Assembly: GCA_964247055.1 (NCBI GenBank)
Contig: OZ176053.1
Coordinates: 682,001-746,000 of the forward strand
DNA length: 64,000 nucleotides
Direction: 5' to 3'
From: Paragordius varius
Taxonomy: Eukaryota; Animalia; Nematomorpha
Shown here in pieces: positions 23,301 through 36,060 of this stretch. The notes below the pieces were generated by a model that saw only the letters and a list, made by a program, of their open reading frames with translations, was not told the origin of the DNA and ran no database searches. Position numbers and translations under genes: made by a program. The number at the start of each line of letters is the position of its first letter. Within the stretch, counting starts at the first letter, position 1.

Positions 23301-26300
23301 AAACTGAAAATATACCTACAAAACGTAAAAATATAAAGACAAGTATTTTTTTTAAAAGACAACCATACTTTTATCTAGATTTATATCAATATAACTCATT
23401 GTTTTAAATAGCAAAGTATGAAATAGCGATATATAATACTAACACATCAATTCCATATTTTACAGTTGTAACTAAAAAGCTTATATGGGAAACATTAAGG
23501 TTTTAAAAAGTATGGTTGTCTTTTAGATAAAAATATTTGTCTTTATATTTTTACGTTTTGTCCGTATAATTTCAATTTTTACTGTAAAAAACGCATGGTG
23601 ATTGAAATGTTCCGGGGGGTTGAATTGTTTGAAGGTGAAATTGAAATGTTTAAGGGTGAATATGAGCATATAACATATAATTTAAAACCACATAAATAGG
23701 TCTAAATGCCCAACTCAAGCGTATCGATTTACTGTGCAACATTTTAACACCGCTGTTTGCTGGACAGATTTTAGCCCTGACAACTATGCTTACCGGAGTT
23801 TGTATAGTAATGGGTTGGAATATTTGTTCGGGTTTCCTAGAGTTTTGGCTTATTTCTTCCATTTATTCTCGTGTTCCACGCCTGGCTTATAAAACTGATC
23901 TCACGTTCAAAGAACAGCAAACTAAAAATGAAAATGGCGATTTTCAACTCCAAGCATTATTGGATCGATCAAAACAAGCGCTTCGTCATCATCAAAATAT
24001 GAATCTCAAGAAAACCAAGGTTAATATAAATACACCGAATTCACTCGAAAGTGAAAATGTTACGTTAATGGAAAAAGATTCTTTAAAAAGGACTAGAAAC
24101 AATAATAATGAATCTAAACTGGATGAAAATTTACCCCTTAAGAGTGTAAACAATTTTGATACTCATAATAATGGCGATATCGTCTCAAATAATACAAATA
24201 TTGTCCAAAATATTTCAAGTCATGAATCAATTCCCTCACTTAATATTTATGATGCAGAAAATGCTGAAACAGCTTATAATTTGGCTAAAAATGGAAATGA
24301 TAATAAATCTTGGATGTGGTCAAGCAAATATTTAAACATGACAAAAATGGTTTCAAAGTAAGACTTACTTTTCAAACTTTTATCTTACAGTAAAATTAAG
24401 AGATATAAAGCGTAAATTTAAAATATAAGATTTTGAACTTTTTTATTATTTGCACAGTGTTAGAAAGAAATTTGTAGAATTCACACAGGCATGGAAGTTA
24501 TATATGGGACAACGTATTCGATATGCTGGCATATCATTAGCCCTTTTGTACCTTACTGTTTTAGGATTCGATTCCATAACTGTCGGTATGGTTTCTAAAA
24601 TAAATATTTAAAAACTCAAAAAAAGTACAGTATATAAAATTATACCCACAAACGTTAAACATATGGACGAATATTTTTTTAGAACAACGCTATACTATTT
24701 TAAACATTTGATTATTAAATATAATTCCTAGAATTGCAAGGATGAAATAGAGATGTAAATTGATAATAATGCACTTATAATAAAAATTTAATTTTATTTA
24801 ATTATAATTTTGGTAGGAAAAACAAGGTACTAAAATGTATGGCTGTTTTTTATAAAAAAATTATGTCTTTTATTTTTTGTTTTTTCCGTATAATTTCAAT
24901 TACTCAAACTTATAACCTGATTAAAACCCTTTTTTCAATCTCTGTAAGGTTATGCTTATGCCATGGGAATGACTGAGAATATTATAGGAATCATGGTAGC
25001 CCTTGGGGCTTTATTTGGTATTTTGGGGACATTCGCTTACCCCAAAATCAAGTCGAGATATGGAATTCACAAAGCCGGTGTAATTGCTTTGATTGCACAA
25101 GTTTATAGTTATTATCATTTGAAAAGGATACGCTTTTCAATTTACCTTCAATTTTTTAGGCTCATAATTTGCGTTATTTTTTTAAATAAATTTGAATTTA
25201 GTATGAAAATACTAGAATCACAAAAAAGTTAATCTATAATATAATACTGCCCTTCCTTGTTTTAAACATTGAATATCTAAATTTTGATACATTTAAAGAA
25301 TATTATTATAAAAGAAAAACACTTTTATAATTTAAAACAATTTTATATAGAAAAACCACACTTTTACATATATAATTTTCAAATATTATAGATTACTTGT
25401 CTAAGTTTATGCATTTTCGCTTTTTGGCTACCCGGATCTCATTGGTTTCAAAGCAATGCTACTAAATATTCAAAAGCGGTCATCGATAAAATTAATAATT
25501 CTTCCAACATTGATAGTGTTTATAAGAATGATAGTCGGAACTTTCAAAACTATACTATGGCAAAGACCTTTGAATCAAAAACTAAATTTGAATCTAAAAA
25601 GATTAAAATGATATTATCGGAACACAATAGCCTTGGTTGGCAAGAAAAAATGCGGAAAATTTTTGTACGAAACATGAGCCATATTTGGCTTTTCATATTT
25701 GGCATAGTTCTCTCCAGATTAGGTATTATTTGGGTTATACCTATAAATTTTTTATGTGTTTTTGTAAAAGTTATTAAATATATGGAAAATATATCCAGTT
25801 TCAAAAAAAAATATGTTTTTTAACAAATTTGGCCAAATATCAGAATATTGATTGATGATTTTATATTACATTGATATTGTTTGCTCTTTGATTGGCTGGC
25901 TATAGTTTCATTAGGTAAATTAAACACCTTATATATATCAGCTCATTTTATAGGTCTTTGGATGGCAGATCTAACCCTGAATCAAATTCTACAGGAATGC
26001 GTTGTGGAAAATCAAAAAGGAATCATTAATGGTATTCAACATTCATTAATCATGATTTTTGAAAACGTAAAATATGCTGCGGTCATAGTATTACCATCTA
26101 CCAGTACTTTTGGTTGGTTAGTTATCCTATCTTTCCTATCCATTTGCACAGCTCTTCTGTGTTTCCTAAAATACGTTTCCCAGGTTAAAAAAAGCAACCT
26201 AGTACAAAAAATACCTTATCAATACAAAGAAAAATCGAAACCATTTGAAGTTATAAGAGAGATTTTATTACTTACGAGGAAAGGAGATAAAGAAACAAAA

Positions 26301-26486
26301 TCAAATACTAAATTTCAATTCTCAAAAACTGGTTCATTATTTTCAAAATCCGATTCCAAACAATCCAATCAGTATAAAAAACAACAGACACCCAAGATTA
26401 ATTTCCTAGAAAAAAAGGATAGTATGATTGAGGCTGTTTATGATCCAATAATGACAATACCATGTAACAACCAAGCCACAAAATGA
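20319..26486 (+). CDS. SLC40A1: Ferroportin (SLC40A1) copy 1, 8 coding exons, about 778 aa
   Basis: Exons 20319(or acceptor 20335)-20438, 20959-21121, 22805-23056, 23700-24357, 24458-24585, 24949-25100, 25392-25722, 25954-26486. All introns GT-AG with consistent phases; total 2337 nt. Motifs: LYYAQALTSW|GNRMWRF, GKWIDKNAR, KDWVVIV, NAQLKRIDL, LYLTVLGFDSIT, SRLG|LWMADL, GIINGIQ. The start codon is uncertain. Confidence 0.92.
23295..23584. mobile_element. TA-flanked foldback MITE (CAGTAAAA...TTTTACTG, AAGACAACCATA core), representative copy
   Basis: TA|CAGTAAAAACTG..AAGACAACCATACTTT ... AAAGTATGGTTGTCTT..TTTTTACTG|TA. Related copies at ~20045-20306, 20455-20900, 22156-22448, 24628-24900, ~26545-26815 and the unit-2 equivalents. 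Probably Tc1/mariner-pogo type. Confidence 0.8.
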
Positions 26487-27436
26487 AACATATTAGTTTA
26501 ATCAAAAAATGAAAACTTTTTAAAAAATTTTTTATAATTATTTACAGACCTTTTAACTGTGATAAATTTCGTGATCTTTATAATTCTCACATAAAATATA
26601 GAAAGAATAGCCAAACAAATATTTTTTCGAAAATAACAACCATATTTTTTAAATTGTGGTTTTTTTAAAAATATAAAACTCATAGTTTGTAGTGAAATTG
26701 CAATTATTTTATAGTTTATATGTAGGTAAATGATAATTTTAAAGAGTATGGTTGTTTTATTTTTCTGAAAATATTTGTCTTTTACGTTTCAACTGCCTAA
26801 TTTTATTTTTTACTGTAACTATTACTACACGCACATGAAAATTGCATTTAATATCATTTAAGTAACTTTCACGCCCGTTAATATATATATCATTTATTAT
26901 TTAAGATTCAATTATTGCATCTTTATGTGTAAAATATATATCAATTAACACAATACAAAAATCACACATTTTTAATACCAATATTCCAAGTATAAATGAG
27001 AAACACTGTATAATCAATCACATCACAATATAATTATAAATGCACATATCGGATATTATTTGAAATGTAATTAAAATTTAAACCAGGAGATAATCGACTT
27101 ATAAAAAAAGCGGATTTAGTTATAGTAAAATTTTGAAATTATAAAGGCAAAACATAAAAAAAAATTTATTTTCATAAAGATGATTTTCTAATAATTTTTT
27201 TGTCAATATAACGTATCGTTTCTTGTTGCGATAAGGATAGAAATTAATACACAAAAGATAATTACTATAAAACTAATAGTCTTTAACTTTAAATATTGAA
27301 AACTAAGAGATAATTTCCGCATTATTCAATTTGACTTATATTTTGCCTTTATAATTTAACATTTACTTTATAACAACCGTTTTTCCAATTGCTTTTAATT
27401 TTTGTAAATTGAAGTAAATTTTTCTTGTAAAGTGAT

Positions 27437-27601
27437 TTAGCCTTTGACTGTGATAGTGTCCCAAGGTTTGACACCCCTGACCTGGTAAGAGGGCACATCA
27501 TACAGCACATCAGTATAAAGTTCTTCAAGCGGGGGTTCAGGATCTGACGTTGCTTTGGCTGTATCGTCGGCTATTTGTTTGCGGACATCTCCATCAATTT
27601 T
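27437..27601 (-). CDS. PDHA1: Terminal exon of pyruvate dehydrogenase E1 alpha (copy 1); other exons not found in window
   Basis: TTTGCAG acceptor then KIDGDVRKQIADDTAKATSDPEPPLEELYTDVLYDVPSYQVRGVKPWDTITVKG*, matching the PDHA C-terminus (EIDVEVRKEI..ATADPEPPLEEL..VRG..W). Confidence 0.85.
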   Translation of the reverse strand, partial: KIDGDVRKQIADDTAKATSDPEPPLEELYTDVLYDVPSYQVRGVKPWDTITVKG

Positions 27602-30600
27602 CTGCAAAGTTAAAACGGAAAAAAAGATTTAAAATTTTTGAGAGAAAATTGAAAACATATAGTTAAAGGGTTAAAAAGATTCAAAAATATATCATATTAT
27701 AACAGTTTTTTTTATATATTTAAAGAAAAAACTCTGCATATTGAATTACAAATTTATATTCATGAATATTTTTGCAAACGAGAATATTAAAGTTTCTGAA
27801 TATTTGTATTAAAAAAGAAACCTCAACGCCAATAAAATTATAACTTTGTTAAATAATGCCAAAACTCAAATAATTAAATTCATAAATTTTGTTGTAAAAA
27901 TAAATTTATAATAAATTTTTCATCGTCTTTCAGGAGTTTATATAAAATTAACCAAAAAAATACTTTTATAGCACAAGATGTTTCTTGTCATTCTACAATC
28001 TTTACATTAATTCCCATCTCATGAACAATATGGGTGAAATCGAAATCATTGGCAATCGAGTCAAATTTACATGCAAGCCTAAAACGAACTAGTGATATTC
28101 AGCTGGATATGAAGTTGTGCGCTCCATGTGTAAAATTTAATACAAAATTATTTAATGGAAATTCAGTATAAGGCACACCCATATAATATATATTTAGCTA
28201 TTTCAACGAATTCTGCTGATTAAATAGGTATAGAGAGCATATAATAAGGAATTTATTTAGTGAATTTAATCAGAAATATTTAAAAAGACAATCTCAAAGA
28301 TGAGCTTCGGTTTCATACTTTCACATTTTGTTTATGTTAACGCTTGAAAACTAAAAATTAATATATAGATGTATTGAGTGATTTGAGCGCCTATTATCGC
28401 AATTTTAAATAAATTTATATGGGAAAGATGGCTAGAAACATAAATTTGAAGGCTTCAGGCCTTCTTCTCCAATGGCGATCAGGGATGGGAACGTGAATGA
28501 AGACTAGCAACCAGGGATTGCAAGAACGAATGCTGCCCATTACGAGGTAAATGTATTATTTAGGTTGATTGGGACAAACTATCGAAGAAAGTCGTTCATT
28601 GCGGAGCTTTGGAAGCATGCTACTGATCCAGAAGCCCTCAAGATATCGAATGGCGGGGAGTTGGAAGTGGCCTATCCATGGGAGGAAATATGGCCAAAAG
28701 ACAGGCGGGAAAAGGATTATACGGATCTCGAGGTAATAATATTTAGGTGTTGATTGGCTTAGTGGGGAGGTGTTTCTTGTGGGGCTTGTGAGCCACGATG
28801 GACAGCGAGCCTTGGTCGGGTCCTTACTGCAACAAGTTACGTGCTAGTTCGGGAGGATTTGGTTGCAACCAAATTCTCATTCTAGTTGGCAGACTCTCTT
28901 GTGGGAGAACATTTCCTCCTTTGGGGAAAATCGACTCTTGTTATGTTGAGAGAGTTGTTTTCTCCAAACCTGTGATGGAGGTTTTATTTCGCCCATTGGA
29001 GAATCAGCCCCCTAAGTCCAAGATTTCATTTTGAGCACTACTCATACACCCGGACGCTCAAAATGAAGTTTTGGACTTAGAATATTTTTTAATTTTTTTC
29101 TCGCCCTTTGGGGAGGGGGGGGTGTTATATATATTTATTGATATTTTTTAATTTTTTATCAAAAAAACATAACAAAATAATAAATCAAACATTATCATCA
29201 TTTATTAAATGTTGTTATATAAATTATTCATGTAAATTTTCATATTCATTCTTGTTTAGTTGAGTTAGTTTTGTTTCCTGTTTAGTTGCGTTTTGTTTCT
29301 TGTCTTCTAATTCTCAGTTTTGTTTTCTAAAAATTAAAAATATTATGGTAATAAAATTAGCATACAAATCTACCAAATTAAAACACAAAATTTTAGGATT
29401 ATTTAAACCTTATAAAAATAATAAAACTCCTTCATTTCTAAAAACCAAAATCATTTCAATCAACACCGTTGTAAAAAAAGATACGATTCGAGTATTGGGT
29501 TGACAAATAAAATTCACATAATTTTAAATTATTTTGCTAAAATGGTATAAAATTATAAACAAAAAACACAGAATTAGAAAAAATTTAGACAGATAGGTTG
29601 AAGGATAAAATTAAAAAGAATGCGTGGGCCTCAGTCCTGCGGACTTCTTTAAGAAAATTAACCAACTACAATCCCTCACCCTAACCCTAAGCCCACAAAC
29701 TCGAAACACTAAAAGTTCAAAATGGTTATTTCTAATAACCCTAATATTTCATCATCTAAAAGCAATATAAATAATATCTTTAATATAATTTAAGCCTGGA
29801 TTTACGTTGAGAAGCACAATCATTTTTTATCCAGAGGCGACAAAATAAGAAATAAACTTATCGATGATGGAAAAAATGATTTTTTAAAAAAAAAGAGTGG
29901 GTTTTAATTTTAATCAAAATGAAAATACTTCTTACCAAAAGACATAATAATTAAACTTTTATAAAGATAACAAAAGTCAGTTAAAAAATTACATTTATCT
30001 AATCAACCAGGTAGTATCATTTTTAAAATGATTATTAAAAAATTATTTATTTAAAGGTTCGTAACAACGGCAATATTTGGGTAAACTATAACAAATTATT
30101 TACAGTGGTGGATAATAAGTAAGATAAACCTCATGTTACCAAAAAGAAAGTTAAAATTATTCAAAAAAAATTGATGTGAGCATATTGTATGAAAAAAAGA
30201 AAATATCGGTGGAAAAAAAATATAATTTTATTCAAAAATGAATCATGAAATAAACAAAATAAACAGCTTTTTCTTAAAAAACGTTAGGAGTTTATCATCG
30301 GCTTTATGAAAATTAGGATATAAGGTGTCTTAAAATGATTTGTTTATAATAAGGTCAGTGTAATTTAATGAAAACAACGGTTATTTATTTAATTAAGAAA
30401 TTTATACCACTTCCAGTTAATAGTAAGCCAAATATTCCAGTTTTAGTTCCCACACAGAATGGGTGAGCAAAATTCTTTCTAAATAAATATATATATATAT
30501 AAAGAAGCTAAAACAAGAATAAATTTATATATTTACAAAATCTTTTAAAATATAAAATCTAAAAATAATCATAAATTTAGTATGTGAGTTAGGAAAGAAA

Positions 30601-31204
30601 TATTATTAATAAAGAAAATATCAAATAGGGTATTATAAGAATGTATATTAAAAAATTGGCGATTTAATAATTTCATTATTTAATAGGCAAATTTTTTCAA
30701 TAAGTTTGACTTATTTTAGATTCAATCATTAATATAATTAACATTTATCTTTAAATATCAGCTGATTTTGCGGCTTTAATATATATTAAATTCTTTTATA
30801 ATTAACTCTTTCTTTCAAAAATAGTGTTAGTTAAAGAATATGTAGGAATAATTATTTAAAAACATATAGCTGCAAAATATTAAAAAGTAAAAATTAATAA
30901 TTACCATCATTGGGGAAATTCAAGGTAAAATTTTTCTTTATGATTCGTTTCAGTATTGGTGCAAAATAAGGAATTCACGTTCTAAATTGAATTATAGAAT
31001 AAAAATATATAGTATGTTTGAGTTTTGTTATATTAATAAATAAGGTTTATTTCTTAAAAAACGATATTTTCCTTCATAAAATCACCTGTTTTTTGTTTAG
31101 ATGGCTTAATATATAGTTTAATTTAGCGAAATCTTGTATTTAAAACCATATAAGTATATTACGACAATTATTAAATCAATCAAAGGTCTAAAAGTAACTT
31201 ATAA

Positions 31205-34080
31205 AAACGGTGATATATAAAACAGCTAATTAAAGGAAGTGATTAAATAAAAATAATGATTTAATAAAAACAACCGATTTATAAAAACTGTTATAACTGA
31301 TTTAAAAAAACAACTGAATAAAATTATTTAAAAAAATGAATAAAAACAACTGATTAATAAAAACAACTGATATATAATAAAACCAATTGAATAAAAACAA
31401 CTCATTAATAACACATCTGATTAAAGAAAACAACTGGCTTAAATGATCGATAAAAACAGCTGATTAAATTATTTAACAAACAGCTGTTTTAAAACAGCCG
31501 ACTTTAACACTTGGATACAACACACTCATTTTAGTCCTTCGATTCAAATTGGGGTAGTTAAATACCCCAGGCCTGTTTAAAATCAAATACTTTAAAAAGT
31601 ATGGAAGCAATCGAAACCATGGCAAAATTTTGCACTTAGATAACATTAATAAACCGAAATATATAAAGAATTTTATTCAAAAATAATTGATATTACTTAT
31701 TTTGAGCTAAAACTGAAAGGTAAAAATTTAGTCAACGTGACATGTGTCAAATTATAAAATTAAAAAATAATACGAAATAAACCGCTTTCTCTATCTCTAT
31801 CAATGTTAGATGTAATTTATATAAAAAATAAGCTTTAGTTTTACCCTTAAAATTAAATGAAGACGATATTTTGCAAAATTTTGGTAAAATAAAAATGGCG
31901 TCGAAGTAGTTTGAGATGGAACTTTTTTTCAAAACAAAATTTTATCAAGATATTTTGGCATATTTATATAATATTTATCAGGATAGAATCATAAATTTAA
32001 ATTGGGACCGTTTTCTTCAGTAGTTTTTTAAAAATTTGTAAATTTAGTCTGGGGTATTTAGAAACCCCAATTTGAATCGAAGTGTTAATAGACACAAAAG
32101 ATTAAAGATTTATATATACAACTAATTAAATAAAAACAGCTGACGGTAAAACATGAAAAACAACTGATTATAAATAGCTGATTTAATTAATAATTAAATA
32201 AATATATCTGATTAATTTAAACGAATAACACTATTAAATAAAACTCATTAACAAACAACTGTTAAATAGCAATTTATAAAAACAACTTATTGAATTAAAA
32301 CAAATAATAACAAATGAATAAAAACAAATGAATAGAAACAAATAGTAAAATGATATAACAACTGATTGAATAAAAACAGTTGATTAAATTAGTCAAACAG
32401 CTGACTTATAATAACAGTGATTAACGACTGTTAAAATAAATAAATAACAATAGAAACAGTTGACTTATAAAAACAAATGGATATTAAAAACAACTGACTT
32501 ATATATAGAACAGCTGAAAATAGCCGACTAAATACAACTGTTAAATATGAGAAAAAAACAATTGATTAAACAACTGTGATTAATAAAACGTCTGTAATAA
32601 AAGATCTGATTTATAAAAATTACCATATTTGGGGAAATTCAAGGTAATATTCTCCTTTACGATTCGTTTCAGTTTTGGCGCAAATTAAGGTAAGCAATCC
32701 TCTGAAATGAAATAAAGTAAATATATATAATATGTTTGAGCTTTGTTACATTAAATAAATAAGGTTGATTTCTAAAAAAACTATATTAAGTCAAATCCTT
32801 ATCGAATATTCAATCAACTGCCTTTATAAATTTTTAATATAATTAATAAAAATAACAATTTGTTAATAAAGTCGTTTTTGCCTTCAATTGCTGTGAAACT
32901 AATTCCTACATGAAATCACCTGTATTTTGTTAAAATGGAATATTAAATTGTTTAATTAACTGATTTAAAAAATTATATATTTTAAACCATATAGGTATTT
33001 CAAAACAATTATTAAATCTATCAAAGGTTTAAAAGTAATTTAAAAACTGTGATATATAAAAACAGCTGATTTAAAACGGATTTATAAAAAATTGATTAAA
33101 AAATTTTGCGATAAATAAAAACATCTGGTTAAATGAAAAGATCGGATTTAACAACTGATTTAAAAACAACTGATTTATAAAACACTGATTTATAAAACAA
33201 TTGATTTGTAAAACAATTGATTTGTAAAACAATTGATTTGTAAAAACAATTTATTAATAAAAACAATGAACACAACAGACTAATAAAAACTAATTGATAT
33301 AAACAACTGATTGATAAAAATTTAAAAAAACAATTAACAACTGATTAAACAAAAACAAATGATTTAATTAAAACTGATAAAATAAATATAACTGTCTTAT
33401 AAGAACAAATGATTAATAAAGACAAAATAAAGACAAGTGATTAACGACTGACTTATAAATACAACTAATTTAAAAAACAGCTGACGATAAAACAGCTGAT
33501 TATGTACAGAAATAAAAATAACTATTATTTAAAACAAATAACAATTGATAAAAAACAGCTAATTAAATAATAATTAAATAAAAATAATTGATTAATTTAA
33601 ATAAATTCATTAATAAATTTATTATTAATTTGCTGATATTACATTGTATCATTCTAAAATTTACAACTAGTTAATTTAAACAATTAGCAACTGATTAAAT
33701 AACAACTGATTCAATAAAAACCGTTTTTAAAAACAGCTGACTTAAAAAAAATGATTAATCAACTGACGGATAAATACAACTAATAATATAAAACAGCTAA
33801 TTATAAAAACAGCAGACTAAATACAATGATTATATAATAACAGCTGGTTAAAAAACAATTGATTAAATAAAAACTACTGATTAATAAAAACGAATAACAC
33901 CTGATGAAATAAAACAACTGTTAACTGTTAAAAAACAACTGTAAACTAATTAAATTAAAAGAGTGATTAAAAATCTGATAAACGACTGTAAAAACTGAAT
34001 AATTAAAAATTCTGATAACAACCTGTTGTACAACATAAAAAAATATAAACAGCTGATTAGAAACAACTAATATTCTTATA
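31205..34080. repeat. Degenerate A-rich minisatellite (AAAACAACTGATT-like); counterpart ~53660-56840
   Basis: Dozens of CAACTGA/CAGCTGA motifs at 12-30 bp spacing, interrupted by a MITE and by a ~400-bp block repeated at ~30895-31260 and ~32615-33070. Confidence 0.85.
31508..32084 (+). mobile_element. piggyBac-type MITE copy shared by both units (counterpart 53983-54547)
   Basis: TTAA|CACTTGGATAC ... GAATCGAAGTG|TTAA. Confidence 0.85.
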
Positions 34081-34084
34081 ATAT

Positions 34085-36060
34085 TAACGTTTGCTTTTTT
34101 ATAAAACAACCGCATTTTTGATGACTTTTTAAAAAGAAAGCGCAATTTTAGGAAATTTTTTTGGAAAAGGCATATTTTTAGTAATTTTTTAATAAAGAAA
34201 ACCCATTTTTTAGTGATTTTTTAATGATAAGAATTAACATTTTTAGTATTTTTTTTAAAAAAAGCGTAATTTTTGCCATTTTTTATATAAATAACCGCAT
34301 TTTTATTGATTTTTCTATAAAAAATGACATTTTTTACTGAATTATTAATAAAGAAGGCTGCCCATTTTTTAGTGATTTTTTAATAAAAAAAGGTCCTTCT
34401 TAGTGATTTTTTAAAAAGAAAGCGTATTTTTATAAAACTAACCGCATTTTTATTGATGTTTTTAATAAAAAAATAAAAAAGGACATTATTAGATATTTTT
34501 AATAAAAAAAACCCATTTTTTAATGATTTTTTAATTAAAAAAGGACATTTTTAGCGAATTTTTATAAAGAAAACCCATTTTTTTTAATTAAAAAAGGACA
34601 TATTTAGAGATATTTTTAAAACATCTCATTTTTAGTGATTTTTTAATAAAGAAAACTTATTTTCTTTAGTGACTCTCGATCAAAGAAAGCCCTTTTTAGT
34701 GATTTTTTAGCTAAATAAAGGACATTTAAAATTTTTAATAAAAAAGGACATTTTTAGTAATTTTTAAAAAGAAGGCGTATTTTTTTAAAAATAACCGCAT
34801 TTTAATTGATATTTTTAATAAAAAATAGATTTTTTAATGATTTTATAATAAAAAAAGGACATTTTTAGTGAATATTTAATAAAAAAAGTGGGATTTTTAG
34901 TGAATTTTTAATGCCCATTTTTAGCGTTTTTTTAATTAAAAGGACATTTTTATAGATATTTTTTATAAAAAAAAACCTCATTTTTAGTGATTTTTTAATA
35001 AAAAGGACATTTTTAGTGAATTTTTAATAAAGAAAACCCATTTTTTAGTTTTTTAATTAAAAAGGGACATTTTTATAGATTTATAAAAAAAACCTCATTT
35101 TTAAAGCTTTTTTAATGAAGAAAACTTATTTTCTTTAGTGACTCTCGATCAAAGAAAGCCCATTTTTAGTGATTTTTTAATTAAAGGGACATTTAAAATT
35201 TTAATAAAAAAGGACATTTTTAGTGAATTTTTGAAATTTTTTTTTAAATAACCGCATTTTTGATATTTTTAATAAAAAAAAGCCCATTTTTAGATATTTT
35301 TTAATAAAAAACCCAATTTTTATAGATTTTTTAATTAAAAAAGGACATTTTTAGAGAATATTTAATAAAAAAATGGGGGATTTTTAGTGAATTTTTAATA
35401 GAGAAAGCCCATTTTCAGCGATTTTTTAATTAAAGGGACATTTAATAAAAAAAGGACATTTTTTATAAAAATAACCGCATTTTTATTGAATTTTTAATAA
35501 AGAAAACCCATTTTTAAGTTTTTTAATTAAAAAAGACATATTTAATTTTTATAGCAAAACCTCATTTTTAGTGATTTTTTAATAGAAAAAACTTACTTTC
35601 TTTTGTAACTCTCGATCAAAGAAAGCCCATTTTTTAGTGATTTTTTAATTAAATAAAGCACATTTAATATGTTAAATAAAAAAAGGACATTTTTAGTGAA
35701 TTTTTAATAAAAAAGCCCTATTTTTTAATGATTTTTAATAGGAAAAGGGACATTTTAGTGAATTTTTAAAAAGAAAGCGTATTTGTTAAAAAATAACCGC
35801 ATTTATTTATTAAAAAAACCAATTTTTTTAGTGATTTTATAAAATGACATTTTTACAGATTTTTTAATAAAGAAGGCCCATTTTTTAGTGATTTTTTAAA
35901 TAGAAAAAAAACATTTTTAATTAGGACATTTTTAGTGAGTTTTTAATAAAAAAAGCCCATTTTTTAGTTTATTTTTAAAAAGAAGGGATACTTTTAGTGT
36001 ATTTTTAATAAAAAAACGAAAATTAGTCATTTTTTCATAAAAAGCCCTTTTTAAGTAATA
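34085..36060. repeat. A/T-tract satellite (AAAAGGACATTTTTAGTGATTTTTTAAT-like, ~28-30 bp) with higher-order repeat; counterpart ~56850-58300
   Basis: Recurrent GGACATTTTT, CCCATTTTT and ACCGCATTTT monomers. The marker CTCTCGATCAAAGAAAGCCC occurs three times in unit 1 and twice in unit 2. Confidence 0.88.

Noticed and set aside
24586-24948. Ferroportin intron as a transposon-created (introner) intron
   Set aside because: The MITE lies inside the intron with non-TE sequence at both splice sites.
29674-29700. CCCTAACCCTAA as a telomere or interstitial telomere fusion
   Set aside because: Only 2-3 imperfect units, embedded in a dispersed element.
28790-29850. Kinesin-like snippets (VAVRTRP, MIVLLNVNP) on the minus strand
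   Set aside because: They are in the wrong order, interrupted by stops, and too short to be significant.
30395-30480. Possible minus-strand exon KNFAHPFCVGTKTGIFGLLLTGS
   Set aside because: The unit-2 copy has a 1-nt insertion, and I recognise no homology.
31205-36060. Repeat arrays as a possible CRISPR
   Set aside because: No constant repeat with unique spacers, no cas genes, and a eukaryotic context.
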